From Octopus sinensis (lineage: Eukaryota): a stretch of DNA of 64,000 nucleotides. The DNA is taken from positions 55,242,001 to 55,306,000 of the forward strand of contig NC_043009.1 of NCBI RefSeq assembly GCF_006345805.1. The letters are read 5' to 3'. The notes beneath the pieces are model-generated. The model did not search any database, had not been told where the DNA came from, and worked only from the letters and a program-made list of their open reading frames with translations. Shown one piece after another: positions 26,540 through 39,729 of the stretch (position 1 is its first letter; the number at the start of each line of letters is the position of its first letter). Made by a program: the position numbers and the translations under genes.

Positions 26540-26871
26540 CACATGGCTCAGTGGTTAAAGCGTCGAGCTTACGATCGTGAGGTTGTGAGTTCGATTCCCA
26601 GACCGGGCTGCGTGTTGTGTTCTTAAGCAAGACACTTTATTTCACATTGCTCAAATTCAGTCAGCCATAGAAATGAGTTGCGACGTCACCCGGTGCCAAG
26701 CTGTATCGGCCCCTTTGCCTTTCCCTTGGATAAGATCAGTGGTGTGGAGAGGGGAGGCTGGTATGCATGAGCAACTGCTAGCCTTCCACAAACAACCTTG
26801 CCCGGACTTGTGCCTCAGTGGGTAACTTTGTAGGTGCAATCCCATGGTCATTCATGAACGAAGAGGGTCTC
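26540..26871 (+). mobile_element. tRNA-derived SINE family C
   Basis: Pol III A box (TGGCTCAGTGG) and B box (GAGTTCGATTCC), central GCAAGACACTTTATTTCAC domain. A reverse copy lies at 57772-58108. Confidence 0.85.
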
Positions 26872-29015
26872 GAATCTACAGATCTTATATAAAGATAACC
26901 TTAACAAGTGATTTAATAGCACTGCTAACACAATAGAATACAGTGTTGACTTATAAAGTGTTTGATATACTTTGTAGTATTTTACGGTCGAGTCAATAAT
27001 AAGTTGATTATATAATGTTTATTGTTAATAATTGTACTTGACACTTCAAATATTATAAGCCCTAACAAATGAAAAATCACGAAATTGAAAGCATGGACAA
27101 GCTCTAATGATCCTCAAGTAATACAATGGAGAATGAGAAGTACATATAAAGAGAGAGAGAAGGGAGAGGAGGAGAGAAATAGTAACGATGGTGGGGGTGG
27201 TATATTTGTGAGATAGTCACATCCAGAATAACTTCAATCATAATTCTGTTGGGTCCGGACTATGCCTCCAATCACACATCTTTACATGTTATATGCAATG
27301 AGTATTCCTGCTGCTTCAACAACAGAACTCACTTTCCCATAGAATTTACACACAAGTGGCTGAGTATTCCATAGCAGTCTCAAGATGCCTATGATAGTGG
27401 AAGACTTGTTATATCATAGGAAGTGTGTTTCATAGAGACAAGCATTATGCAGGGTCACAATAAATGGAAACATGGTAAAGTACAGACTCAGCTAATCCAT
27501 TAGTGTTGAAAAGTAAAAAAGCAGCATTTAAATGATGATTAATCCTCACTTCATATACTCACACACACATTGTTATCATAAAGGGTCAAATCATGTGTCT
27601 TCTTTTTGGTTTGATGATTTCTCCCCTTCTGTCAAATTATAGAAATATGAAAAGAGGAAGTAGTAGCAGAGCTGAGAGAGAAGGAAGATACAGAAAGAAA
27701 GTATAACATAGAGCAGTGGGTTAGATAAATAAGTGAGAGATTTATATAGAGAAAGAGGCAGCCAGACAGAAATAGCCATTAGTCAGCAGTAAGTGAAACA
27801 GGCAATCAAGTGAGCAGATAGTGAAATACAAACAGGGATAGAAGACAAAGTTAGAAGAAGAATTGACACAAATGAGAGAGAAGTGGAAGGGACAGATACA
27901 GAGCTCTATAATAGAAAACGTGAATTTAGAAAGAAACAGAAGCAATGAGTGAGGGGGAAAACAATAATAATAATGAAAAAAAGACAAACAGAAGATGGAG
28001 TAATGCTTGAAGCAAAAAGATTCAGAATTATTGAATGTAGATAGAAATAAATGCAGTCAATTCTGGCAGGTACTAACATTAATGTGTATAAATTTTATCA
28101 TCATCATCATTATGATTTTAAGATACTTTTTCATGCATTGGTCAAAATTTATTAAAATAAAAAAAAATTTTTTAACTTGTGTAAATTTATTTATAACGCA
28201 TGTAATATCAAAAGGAAAGTTAGTTTTTTTTCAAAATAAATGGGTTCAACAGGTTTAATTACTATTTATGTGCGTTAACTATTAACAGTGTATATGTGTG
28301 TGTGCATGTGTGTATTCATGCATATATAAATATGTGTGGGTGTACATATGTGTGTGTATATATATATATATAACTATATAGATATATGTACACACATGTG
28401 TGTATAAACTTAGATGTGTTTCGACCAATGATTGGTCCAGGCCATGTCTAACTTAATAGCACCACCTGATATATATATATATATATATATATAACTATAT
28501 AGATATATAGCTATATAGATATAAATATTACATAAATACACACACACATATATATAAAGTGTGTGTATGTGTGTGTGATAAAATAACAGAGAAATCGAAG
28601 ATGAATCATTCTGAAAAGTTTTTTTTCTGTAGATTTGTATTATTTAATACAATTTTGTACTCATACTACCCACATACATATGCATATATTTGTATATATG
28701 TAAATATATATATATATTTATATTTATTTATTTATTTATTTATGCTGATGTGATTACAGGCAATTCTTCTAATTACTTTAGTTCATCAAGCAATGCTCTA
28801 ATTACATTCAAGTTTTATTTTCAAATGCTGTCAAGGGTAATTTTCCTGAAAGTTTGGATAATATAAACATTTTTTAATGCTTTTTCAAGTTATGCTTGAT
28901 TATTTTCGCTTTTCTGGAGGTGAGGTTGAGAGTGAGGTTTAGAATGTCTGCATTTTATTTCAATCATTCATGTCAATGAATGGACTGAAATATATAAAGA
29001 GGCATTGGGGGGCCT

Positions 29016-29019
<4 letters not shown>

Positions 29020-29083
<64 letters not shown>
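29020..29083. repeat. Pure (TA)n microsatellite
   Basis: About 32 uninterrupted TA units. Confidence 0.95.
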
Positions 29084-29085
<2 letters not shown>

Positions 29086-29820
29086 AAAGAAAGTGAGTAA
29101 AATTTTTTTTAAAAAGTATCACAGGAATTGATGTTAGAGATGTAATTAAGAAGACTTCTACATCAGATTCATCAATACAAAAGTGCCAAAAACAACAAAG
29201 TATTGAATAACAAAGAGGAAAGAAGCGATGGGTGGGTAGGTTGGTAACATCACTTGGAAATGAGTGGGGAGGGGGAAGAATAAGTGAAATAAAATAAATT
29301 GGAAGGGAAAGGAAGAGAGCGAAATAAAAAAAAGTTTAAAAGATATTAACTACACATATTGTTTATTATTTTTGTGTTCGATTTTTAATAAGTTTTTTTT
29401 AAATATCTTTTTAGTTTTCTATTCAAATAGCATTGATGTTATTTAGTTCAAAGCTATAGTATAGGAGAAGGTCTGTCGTACTGTTTTATTTTCAGAATTT
29501 AACCCCAAAAATGATATGCATATGTCATATGCATTTATATATATATATGTGTGTACATATGTACATATATATATGTACATATGTATATAAACACACAGAC
29601 AATTTTTATATATACATACAATATATATATATATATAATGCTTTTATTTCATAGGATTTTAGCAAAAAAATTATGTGTGTGTGGGTGTGTGTGCATATTC
29701 ATATTTGTTGTTGCCTGAAGGATTGCATCAAATGAGAAACTCTGAGTAGCAAGGAGTGAATCATCAACCTTATACAAATGTACATCAAAGGATTGCTTTG
29801 TTTCGACCTGTCTTTGTGTA

Positions 29821-29868
<48 letters not shown>

Positions 29869-32473
29869 TGTGTGTGCATGTGTGTATGTGTGCATATGCA
29901 GGTGTGTGCATGCATGTATGTGTGTGCATGCATGTATATGTGTATTTTAAATAAAACCAAATTCCTTGTCCTATTATTTGGGGTATTTAACACTTCACAT
30001 TCTCACTTAACAAAAAAAGAAAAAAGAAAAGCTACTCTGCACTTCAATGAAAGCCTGGATGGAATTGAAAGATGGTAATTCTAAAAATATAGAACAAAGG
30101 AATCAGAATATCCATTCTTCAGTGATGCAGCAATGCTAGAATACAAAATATAATCCCTAAAAAAAATCCTAGCATTGTTGAATAAGAGAAACAAGAATCA
30201 ATGACTGCAAAGTTGTAAACAACTTCTGCCAGTGTGAACACATGGATACATTAGGATTAAAAGAGACTTTTACTTCTTTGACTGTTAAATTTATTAAAGC
30301 TTCACGTGGGGAAAAGGTTTAATTCTGACTTGATACCCACTTTTGATTATCTTTCAAATTCTTTTTTTAGTTATACCTGCATCCACACTTAGTCTTAAAA
30401 ATGCAGACTTTTTTTCCACAGCAGAAGTGTTAAGGCTGCTCCCCCTGGTGTAGAGGATTGGTCTGCAAGAGTCTTGTACTGGTGCCATGTAAAAAAGCAC
30501 TTGTGCCCATGCCATATGAAAACACTGGTGCAGTGTCATGTAAAAGTGCCCAGTACACTCTGTAAAGTTATTGGAGTGAGGAAGGGCATCCAGCTATAGA
30601 AACCATACCAAATCAAACTGGAGACTGGTGCAGCTCTGGTCAAACCGTCCAGTCCATACCAACATGAACAATGGACATTAAATGATGATGATGATGTTTG
30701 TATGTATTGACACACACACACACACACACACATATAATAATAATAATAATAATCATTGTTTTAACGTCCACTTTACCCTGCTTGCATGGGTTGGATAGAA
30801 TTTGTTGAGGAACCTCTTCTATGACTGAATACCTTTCCTTCTGGCCAATGCTCAGTCGTTTCCAAGTAAGATATTTCCTGAAGACAAGATGTGGTTGCAT
30901 GGAATATTGGGAATGAATGACACAGCTTGTATGATAGTGACATTCATTCACAACAATCACATGATGTCAAGCGCAAACTCCCCACATGCACACACATACA
31001 TATAATGATGGGCTTCTTTCAGTTTCCATCTACCAAATCCACACAAAACTCTTGTCAGCTTAGGGCTATTGTAGAAGACACTTGCACAAGGTACTACACA
31101 GTGGGACTGAACCCGAAACCATGTGATTGCAAAGTGAGCTTCTTAACAGCACAGCCATGCCTATGACTAATACTGAGTGCATATATTAAATATAAATGCC
31201 TCCTAAAGCCTAGATCTTCAAATCTGGTGTTGTGGAGTGAAGCAGAGATGAGAGATAAAACTTCCCTGGAATAGGACGCCAATCTTTCAAAACTGATCCG
31301 GCATTTATTCCTCAACAGGCTATATGAATTTAGGTGATGTGGATTAAAGCGTTCTGCCTGGAGACACAAAATAATCAAGGTGGATTTGGTGTCATAAACC
31401 TAGACTAATGCATCCAGTCATGTTGTCTATACTGGATCCTAGTTCTGGGTTATCATTATCATCACCATCACAACAACCACTATTTTGAACGTCCATTATC
31501 CATGCTGGACATAGATATACAAGATATTAAAAGACAGGAAGAGGAAAAAATAATAAATGCAAGCACTAGATAGGAAATGGTGTTTGCTTTCTTTTTCTCT
31601 CTGTTTACGGTGGTAATGGTGATGATGAGGAGGAAGAGGAGGAGAAGGAAGACATCCAGTGATCACAATTGCATTCAATAAAAAAAAAAACCGTGTTTAG
31701 AATGCAAATGTTCTAGTTGCTAGGGTTACCAGGACAGCCACCAATTGCCTTTGGCCAAGATTCTTGATAAGCAAGCTGCAAAGTCAATCAACCTAGCTGC
31801 AAGTTGTTGCTGTTTAGCTCCAGGTCATCTCTGGTCATGCAAACCTTTTGTCAAAGGTGTTCCAGTTATGACCATTTCATGTTATTTTCAGTCGCAGTTT
31901 ATCTAGAATCATACTGACCAAAGTGTCCTTTATTAAGATCATGGAAGTGATTTAAAAGAGATTTGGGAGCTAATTTCTATGAAATCGGGTAGAGCACCTA
32001 TATAAGGGCTCCTTCATTGGTTTGTCTAGTTGTTAGTTGGAACAATGGATGGTATATAATACAGCATTACTATTATAAGCACTAACATTGTAGATAGTGG
32101 TACATAATATACCAGTGTAAATAGGTAAACAGAGGGAGAACTGTGAAATTAATGAGTGAATCACTGATTGGCAGTAATATAGTTCAGTTACCTCATACAA
32201 GGAAAGCCTGCCTACAATAAAACAGGGAGACATGTATATATATATACACACATATATATACATACATATGTACACAGACACAAATATACATACACATACA
32301 CTTACATATGTACATACATATTTTTAATCACGACATTAGAATGACTCAAGGACCAAGAGCTTTTGCATGAAACCCTTCAAAATCGTATTAGCCATGTAAA
32401 AACTCGCAGCCCTTGAGTCACTTGGTGACGTTTGTCAATTAAAAATAATATTAAAAAAAAACATGTATATATA

Positions 32474-32898
32474 GGTGCAGGCATGGCTGTATGGTAAGAA
32501 GCTTGCTTCTCAACCACATGGTTCCGGGTTCAATCCCATCACATGGCACCTTGGGCAAATGTCTTCTACTATAGCTTTATGCGAACCAAAAAGCCTTGTG
32601 AGTGGATTTGGTACATGGAAACTGAAAGAAGACCCATTGAATGTGCGTGTGTGTGTGTGTGTGCGTGTGTGTGTGTGCCTTTGTGTCTGTGTTTGTCCTC
32701 TCACAATCGCTTGACAACCAATGTTGGTGTGTTTACATCTCTGTCACTGAGCAGTTCGGGAAAAGAGACCGACAGAATAAGTACTAGGCTTACAAAGAAT
32801 AAATGCTGGGGTTGATTTCTTCAAATAAAAAAAACCTTTAAGGCAGTGCTCCAGCATTGCCACAGTCAAATGACAGAAACAAGTAAAAGAATAAAAAG
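32474..32898 (+). mobile_element. Full-length SINE family B
   Basis: GGTGCAGGCATGGCTGTATGGTAAGAAG head, (TG)n centre, GAAACAAGTAAAAGAATAAAA tail. Confidence 0.85.
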
Positions 32899-33039
32899 AT
32901 ACTCATGCTTTGAGTATTATTCTTCTTGTTCATATTAACAAACACATATACACACATATATATACTTACAAGGTGAGCAAAAGTGTATGTATGCCACTAT
33001 ATGTATATATAAATAAAAAAACATGAAACAAGAACGCAA

Positions 33040-33905
33040 CAGACGACAATAAAACATCCAGACAGATAGACGATGTAAAGATGGACAGGACAAATCAAAG
33101 ATGAGTCATTTGTAGAAGAGGAGGCTGTGAATGACCCGTCCTTATTTTTTTCCTGTCTGTCTTTTTATTGTTTTTCTTGTCCGTCTTCACATTGTATATG
33201 TGTATATATATATATATATATGTAAGTATACATTTTTCTAAATCTTGTACGACTCTACTTCTGTCTATCTACCCTTTCAGGCTTATTTGTTCATTCCACT
33301 CTTTGGTCTTTCATTCCCCCTCTCTCACATTTCTTTGTCTTCTCTTGCTCACTTTCCCTCCACTTTTCACTTCACTGTGTCCCTGTAATTTTTTTCCGCC
33401 CCTCCTTAATTCTTCTGTCCTTCTGCTTCTACTTCTCTCTATTCTCATCCCACGTGACCAGAATTCGGCCAAGCCTGTTCTTTCTTTCTTGGTCTGGCCG
33501 TTGTCCATGCAACATCGATATTTCTCCCTGTGTTTGTGAAATCTTGTATCCCTGCTGTAAGGCTTCATTTCCACACACACCAGCTGAATTTAATTCATCC
33601 TTAGTCGAAAGACACCTGTTGTTGTGTCCTGTTATTATTTTTATTGTATTTGTGTAACATTGTCCATTTTTTCTATCCTTGTTTTTGTATACATTCGCTG
33701 CTTTCTTCCAAGGAATCTAATGCTCTTAGCTTAGTTTTTCCCGGGGGCTGGCCAGATTGGAGCAATCTCAAGTATAACCAGCTGAAATTGCGAAGATAAT
33801 TTGGTACTTGACTGAGGAACGAAAACTTCGAATGACCCATCCTTGTTTTCTTTGTATTGTCTATCTGGATGTTTTGTTGTCCCATTTTTGTATCACCTAA
33901 CTGTC
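33040..33905 (+). mobile_element. Possible Penelope-like element remnant
   Basis: Long pyrimidine-rich segment ending in CTGAGGAACGAAAACTTCGAATGACCCATCC. The terminal GAATGACCC.TCC motif recurs directly near 33128 and inverted near 33100-33110, resembling pseudo-LTRs. No coding motif was recognised. Confidence 0.4.
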
Positions 33906-33982
33906 CAGATGTTATATATATATATAAATGGGACAGTTATATATATATATAACTGTCCCATTTTGTAATTTATATATATATA

Positions 33983-34166
33983 TCATCATCATCATCATCA
34001 TTTAGTGTCCGCTTTCCATGCTAGCATGGGTTGGACGGTTCAACTGGGGTCTGGGAAGCCAGAAGGCTGCACCAGGCCCAGTCTGATCTGGCAATGTTTC
34101 TACAGCTGGATGCCCTTCCTAACGCCAACTACTCCGTGAGTGTAGTGGGTGCTTTTTACGTGCCAC
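33983..34166 (-). mobile_element. Young RTE-LINE 3'-tail copy
   Basis: Reverse complement of the 13111-13295 type, with its (GAT)n tail abutting a (TA)n tract. Confidence 0.8.
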
Positions 34167-35773
34167 AAGCTTCTGCACAGTTTCCATTTAACAAATTCCC
34201 TTGTGAGACAATGGCTGACCCACAGCTGTAGCAGGAAACACTTGCCTCAAGATTCCAAAGCGTAGGACTGAACCCAAAGGCATGTGATTACAAAGCAAGC
34301 CACTTAACCACATAGCAGTGCATGCACCAATGATAGCTAATTAATTCATTATGAATAAATGTAAAATTGTTTTAAACAAAATATAAATCAATCTAAGAAA
34401 GGAAAACAGAAAAAGACGCAATGATAGGATTGGAGATAAGTGTCTGTTGCTTGCTGTTCAATTTATTCTATTAATATTTGTAAATGTTGATTTTTCTTAG
34501 GATGGATTATGTATATATATATATGGATAATTGTCTATTGATGAGGTGACAAGAATTGTGATCCGTTCTTTTACTTGCCACTACAGGTGAATGTCCTTTT
34601 TGCCAGTCATGTCTAAAGTTAAGCATGTCACCTATTTATTTAGCCAATCAGTCAAATACAAACAGACAGACTATTATTGGATTTAACAATGAATGTTAAC
34701 AACACAATAGCTGTGAAGACCAATAAGTGACATAATGACGATGATGATGATGATGATTTAATTTATTTGCCACCAAGGAAGGTGGCAAATATATTACAGA
34801 GTCCAATTACAAATAGGGTTGAGATTTACATAGACATTGAATTTTTTACCTTTTATCCTTTACTTGTTTCAGTCATTGGACTGTGGCCATGCTGGGACAT
34901 TGCCATGAAGAGCTTAGTCAAACAAATGAACCACAGTACTAACTTTTTAAGTCTGATACTTATTCTATTAGGGTTTTGGAAACATAAACAAACCAACACC
35001 AGTTGTCAAGCGGTAGTGGGGGACAAATATGACACAAACACAAAGAGACATATAGATAGATAGCTACCACTTCTACCACCACAAGTACTAGGGATTAGAA
35101 AAGGGAGTCAAGAAAATAACCAATAAATTCAAGAGAAATGAAAATCAAGAATTACTTTTTCAAAGACCACCATCTCCATCATCATCAGCTCAACTTGTAT
35201 CACCAAGATTACATCCGCTACCAATACCACCAAGTTCATTCCCACCAAGATCACCATCAATGCTACCACCACCATCAATGCCACCAACACCAATACCATC
35301 ATCATCAACATAACTAACATCACCAAGACTACCACCACTAACAATACCATCAAGATCACCACCACCAACACCACTAACAAGATTACCACCACCAACACCA
35401 CCACCAACACCACCATCAAGATCACCACCACACCATCAACACTACTACCACTAAGACCACTATCATCATCCCCACCAACACACACACACACACACTCATT
35501 GACTACAAAACCAATATATCTGATTGCTTACTACACAAATTGATTAGCTGGATATAGATATTAATTAAAACTAATGTATCAATACAGCCAGAAATTAACA
35601 GAACATATATTAATGTTTAACAATCATACTGATACTGATAATAATTTAGTTACAATTAAAATTGAAGTAATACTATATGATGTATTATCTAATTACGCAT
35701 CTCCATTGTTGACATTTTCATTATTCTTCTTCATCTACTAATTATACACCACCACTACTGCCAACAACAACAA

Positions 35774-36180
35774 CTCTTTTATATGTTTCAGTCATTTGAC
35801 TGCAGCCATGCTGGAGCACCGCCTTTAGTCGATCAAATTGACCCCAGGAAAGTATTATTCTTTGTAAGCCTGGTACTTATTCTATTGGTCTCTTTTGCCG
35901 AACTGCTAAGTTACGGGGACGTAAACACACCAGCATCAGTTGTCAAGCAATGCTAGGGGGACAAACACAGACACACAAACACACACACTCACACACATAT
36001 ATATATATATACATATATACGACAGGCTTCTTTCAGTTTCCGTCTACCAAATCCACTCACAAGGCATTGGTCGGCCTGGGGCAATAGCAGAAGACACTTG
36101 CCCAAGATGCCACGCAGTGGGAATGAACCCGGAACCATGTGGTTGGTAAGCAAGCTACTTACCACACAGCCACTCCTGCT
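35774..36180 (-). mobile_element. Full-length SINE family B
   Basis: Near-consensus reverse copy with an internal (CA)/(TA) tract. Confidence 0.85.
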
Positions 36181-37068
36181 TAATTAACTTTCACTTAGTG
36201 ACATTAATTGCTTGACAGATAAATCTCTACCCTTGGCTAACAACATGCTAGACTCTTTAAGGATATGGTATTTCTGAATAATCTAGTTAGTATTTAGTCA
36301 AAAATTCAGTGGACTGAGATGTACAGAATTTATGCCCCTAACATAATGAAATTCACACACTGGGTTTGAACTCAATAAACATCACTAGTTTATTGAAATC
36401 ATATCCAATAAGCTACTTAACTTTAATACTCCCATATTTCTACCACCCTTGGAGTCAGTCATTTAGCCATGAAATAGATTGACTTTAGTGATATCAAGAG
36501 AAGGCTGTATTTGCCAGTCTGTAAATTGTGTGTGAGTGTGCATGTTGTCAGTCAACAGCAGCTTACAGTATTTCTTGCTCTTAACAGCAGGACCCTAATC
36601 CACAAACAAAAGTTGGATGTGTGCATAAATAACACTTCCAGGGTGCCTCTTGTCATATATTGGACTTAACAGCAGGATATCCATCCATGGACAAGAGTAG
36701 GACGTTTGTGAAAATAGCATGTCCAGGATACTTTTTAAATACATACTGGTCTTAACAGCAGGTTTTTTTCCATCCATGAGCATAAATAGGTTGCAAAGAT
36801 GAAACCTGGTTATCAAGATCTGATGAGACTTGCTATTTAAGTGTCTGATTCATGTCTAGCGAACTTCAATGACTTTAAACTAATAAAGCAACCTCAAAAT
36901 AACTGCTTCAGTTGCTAAAGATTGCAACTTAGTTTCCTTTAAATAACAATTCTACTGTCTTAAATAAAGGACACATCAGGTTATATATTCCTAGATATAC
37001 TAACTGGCACTCCATAGTTTACAACAACGAGGGTTCCAGTTGATCTGATCAACAGAATAGCCTGCTCA

Positions 37069-37484
37069 AGGCGGCGAGCTGGCAGAAGCGTTAGCACGCC
37101 GGGCGAAATGCTTTGTGGTATTTCGTCTGCCGCTACGTTCTGAGTTCAAATTCCGCCGAGGTCGACTTTGCCCTTCATCGTTTCGGGGTCAATTAAATAA
37201 GTACCAGTTACGCACTGGGGTCGATATAATCGACTTAATCCGTTTGTCTGTCCTTGTTTGTCCTCTCTGTGTTTAGCCCCTTGAGGGTAGTAAATAAATA
37301 GGTATTTTGTCTGCCGCTACGTTCTGAGTTCAAATTCCGCCAAGGTCGACTTTGCCTTTCATCTTTTCGGGATTGATTAAGTAAGTACCAGTTATGCACT
37401 GGGGTCGATATAATCAACTTAATCCGTTTGTCTGTGCTTGTTTTTTCCCTCTGTGTTTAGCCCCTTGTGGGCAATAAAGAAATA
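37069..37484 (+). mobile_element. SINE family A partial tandem dimer inside another SINE
   Basis: Full monomer, then a headless second unit from about 37303. One 15-bp TSD pair, AGAATAGCCTGCTCA, at 37054-37068 and 37485-37499. Confidence 0.9.
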
Positions 37485-39457
37485 AGAATAGCCTGCTCAT
37501 GAAATTAACGTGCAAGCGGCTGAGAACTCCACAGACATGTGTACCCTTAACGTAATTCTCAGAGATTCAGCATGAAATACAGGTATCACCATTTTTGCCA
37601 GCTGTGAACCAGAGCATCATGAAATAAAGTGTCGAACTCATGAACTTACAATTGTGAGTGAATACCCCTAACCACTAAGCCATGTGCTTTCACCCTAGAT
37701 ATACTAGGTCTGGAAAAAAAAAAAGGAAAGCCGATAACAGCTGAAACACTTTTCATCATCATCATATCATTATCATCATCGTCATTTTAACATCCACATT
37801 TTAATGCTTGCACAGGTTAGACAGAATTTGTTAAGGCAGATTTTCTACAGCCTGATGTATTCCCTCTTACTAATCTTCACCTTTTTACAAAAAAAAAAAA
37901 AAGCCAAAATTTCTTCATGGTCAGACATGGTTTTCACAGAAGACTGGAAACAAACTTGCTTGTGTAATGAGGTTGCTCATTTACAACCATCACAAGACAT
38001 TAAGGAAAAGGATACAAACAAACATACACACACACAATTATAACAGGTTTTTTAAAGTTTCCATATATTAAATCTACTCGCAAAGTTTTGGTTGGCCAGC
38101 GGCTATAGTAGGAAACACCTGCCCAAGGTGCCAGGTAGTGGGACTGAACCTGAAACCATGTGGTTTGGAAGCAAGCTGTTTAACCACACAACTATGCCTA
38201 TGCCTCACAAGTTTACTTAATCAAGTCTAACCCATGACATCTTCACTTTAGCAAGTTTGCTCTACTTTGTAAATGTAACAACTACACTTAGTCTTGTAGC
38301 AAATTTGGCTTGAGCAGGAATGGACTATCACAATTCTAGGTTTCATCAGACTTAATGTATAAATGTTGCTTCCGCTTTGGGTTAGCTACAGACAACTTAG
38401 GAAACTTTTGTTACATACACAATATGGTGCTGAATTAAAGAAAAAAAAAATCAAAATTAACTAAAATTTTCATCAACACAGAGCACAACAATGAACAGAT
38501 AATGCCATGTGTTGTGGTTTGGTGAAAGGTTTAATTAATCCAAGTTCTTTTGTCTAAATATACGAGATGAGTTGTTGTGCATGAGTCAGTGACCTAGCAG
38601 ATCAAAACTTTATTCACCACAGTTTTGTACTATTGTATATCCATTCAGGAATAAGAAACCTAATGAGGATCAGAGATCCAGGCAATTAAAGTGTACTGTT
38701 CATGAGAAGATATTTTTTAAAAAGATGTATACACAGGCATGGCTATTGTGGTTAAAAGGTTTGCTTCCCAGTCACATGGTTTTAAGTTCAGTCCCACTGC
38801 ACTGCACCTTGAATAAGTGTTGTCTGTTATAGCCCTGAGCCAGCCAAAGCCTTTGAGAGAATTTGGTAGACAAAAAAAATGAAAGAAGTTCATCATGTCT
38901 GGGTACATATAAATGTATGCATGCATGCAAGAATGTATATGGGTGGGTTTGTGTCAGTCTTGACATAAAGCAATTCTTGTAAACATGTGTTACTGACATA
39001 CAAGCAGTGTCCTTTGTTTCCAGTCTTCTGTGAAAACAGGTCTGGCCATGGAGAAATACTACCCTGCTTGGAAGCAGATGAAGGTCGGCAACAGGGAAAG
39101 CATCTGGCCACAGGAACACTACTGCCTCAAAAAATTCTGTCTAATTCATACAAGCATGGAAAAGTGGACATTAAACAGCGATGATGTTCATACCTAAAGA
39201 CCAATATATATACTGTACAGTAAATTGTCCAGTAGCTTAGAAGTCGCACTCCAAGCAAACTTTTATGCTAACTCCTGCGGAGGACTAATGGGCCTGCAAC
39301 ACAGAACTAAAGACAGCAGTAATAATAAAGCATTTATTGGTACCCTACCAATATGGTATTATTTCAAATTCAGTTTAAATGAAAAACTTGTAAATTCACA
39401 AATTTTTGGAAGTCTTTTAAAAATTTGCATTTTCAACTGTTAACATTGTAACAAATG

Positions 39458-39729
39458 CTCATCCAGACCTGATCCCAATGCTGGATGTTCAAGAACCAAA
39501 TGAAGGGCAGATATTCAATCCTGGGATCATCCTGATTCCAAAATGGCATAATATGTCTATGCAGAGGAAATATAGACTGAGATACAGGGATCCTCATCCA
39601 GACCTGATCCCAATGCTGGATGTTCAAGAACCAAATGAAGGACAGATATTCAATCCCAGGATCATCCTGATTCTAAAATGGCATAATATGTCTATGCAGA
39701 GGAAATATAGACTGAGATACAGGAATCCT
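39458..39729. repeat. 135-bp tandem duplication (2 copies)
   Basis: Units start at 39458 and 39593 and differ by 5 substitutions, all transitions. Confidence 0.95.

Noticed and set aside
26543-26612. tRNA-like sequences with A/B boxes (also near 58050, 60000 and the family A/B heads)
   Set aside because: They are SINE heads that run into repeat bodies, often with TSDs, and lack a complete cloverleaf and terminator.
35129-35491. 120-aa Val/Leu/Met-rich membrane-like ORF, and a Pro-rich open frame on the opposite strand
   Set aside because: Derived from an (ACC)/(ATC) low-complexity tract; no start or convincing splice signals, and no family motif.
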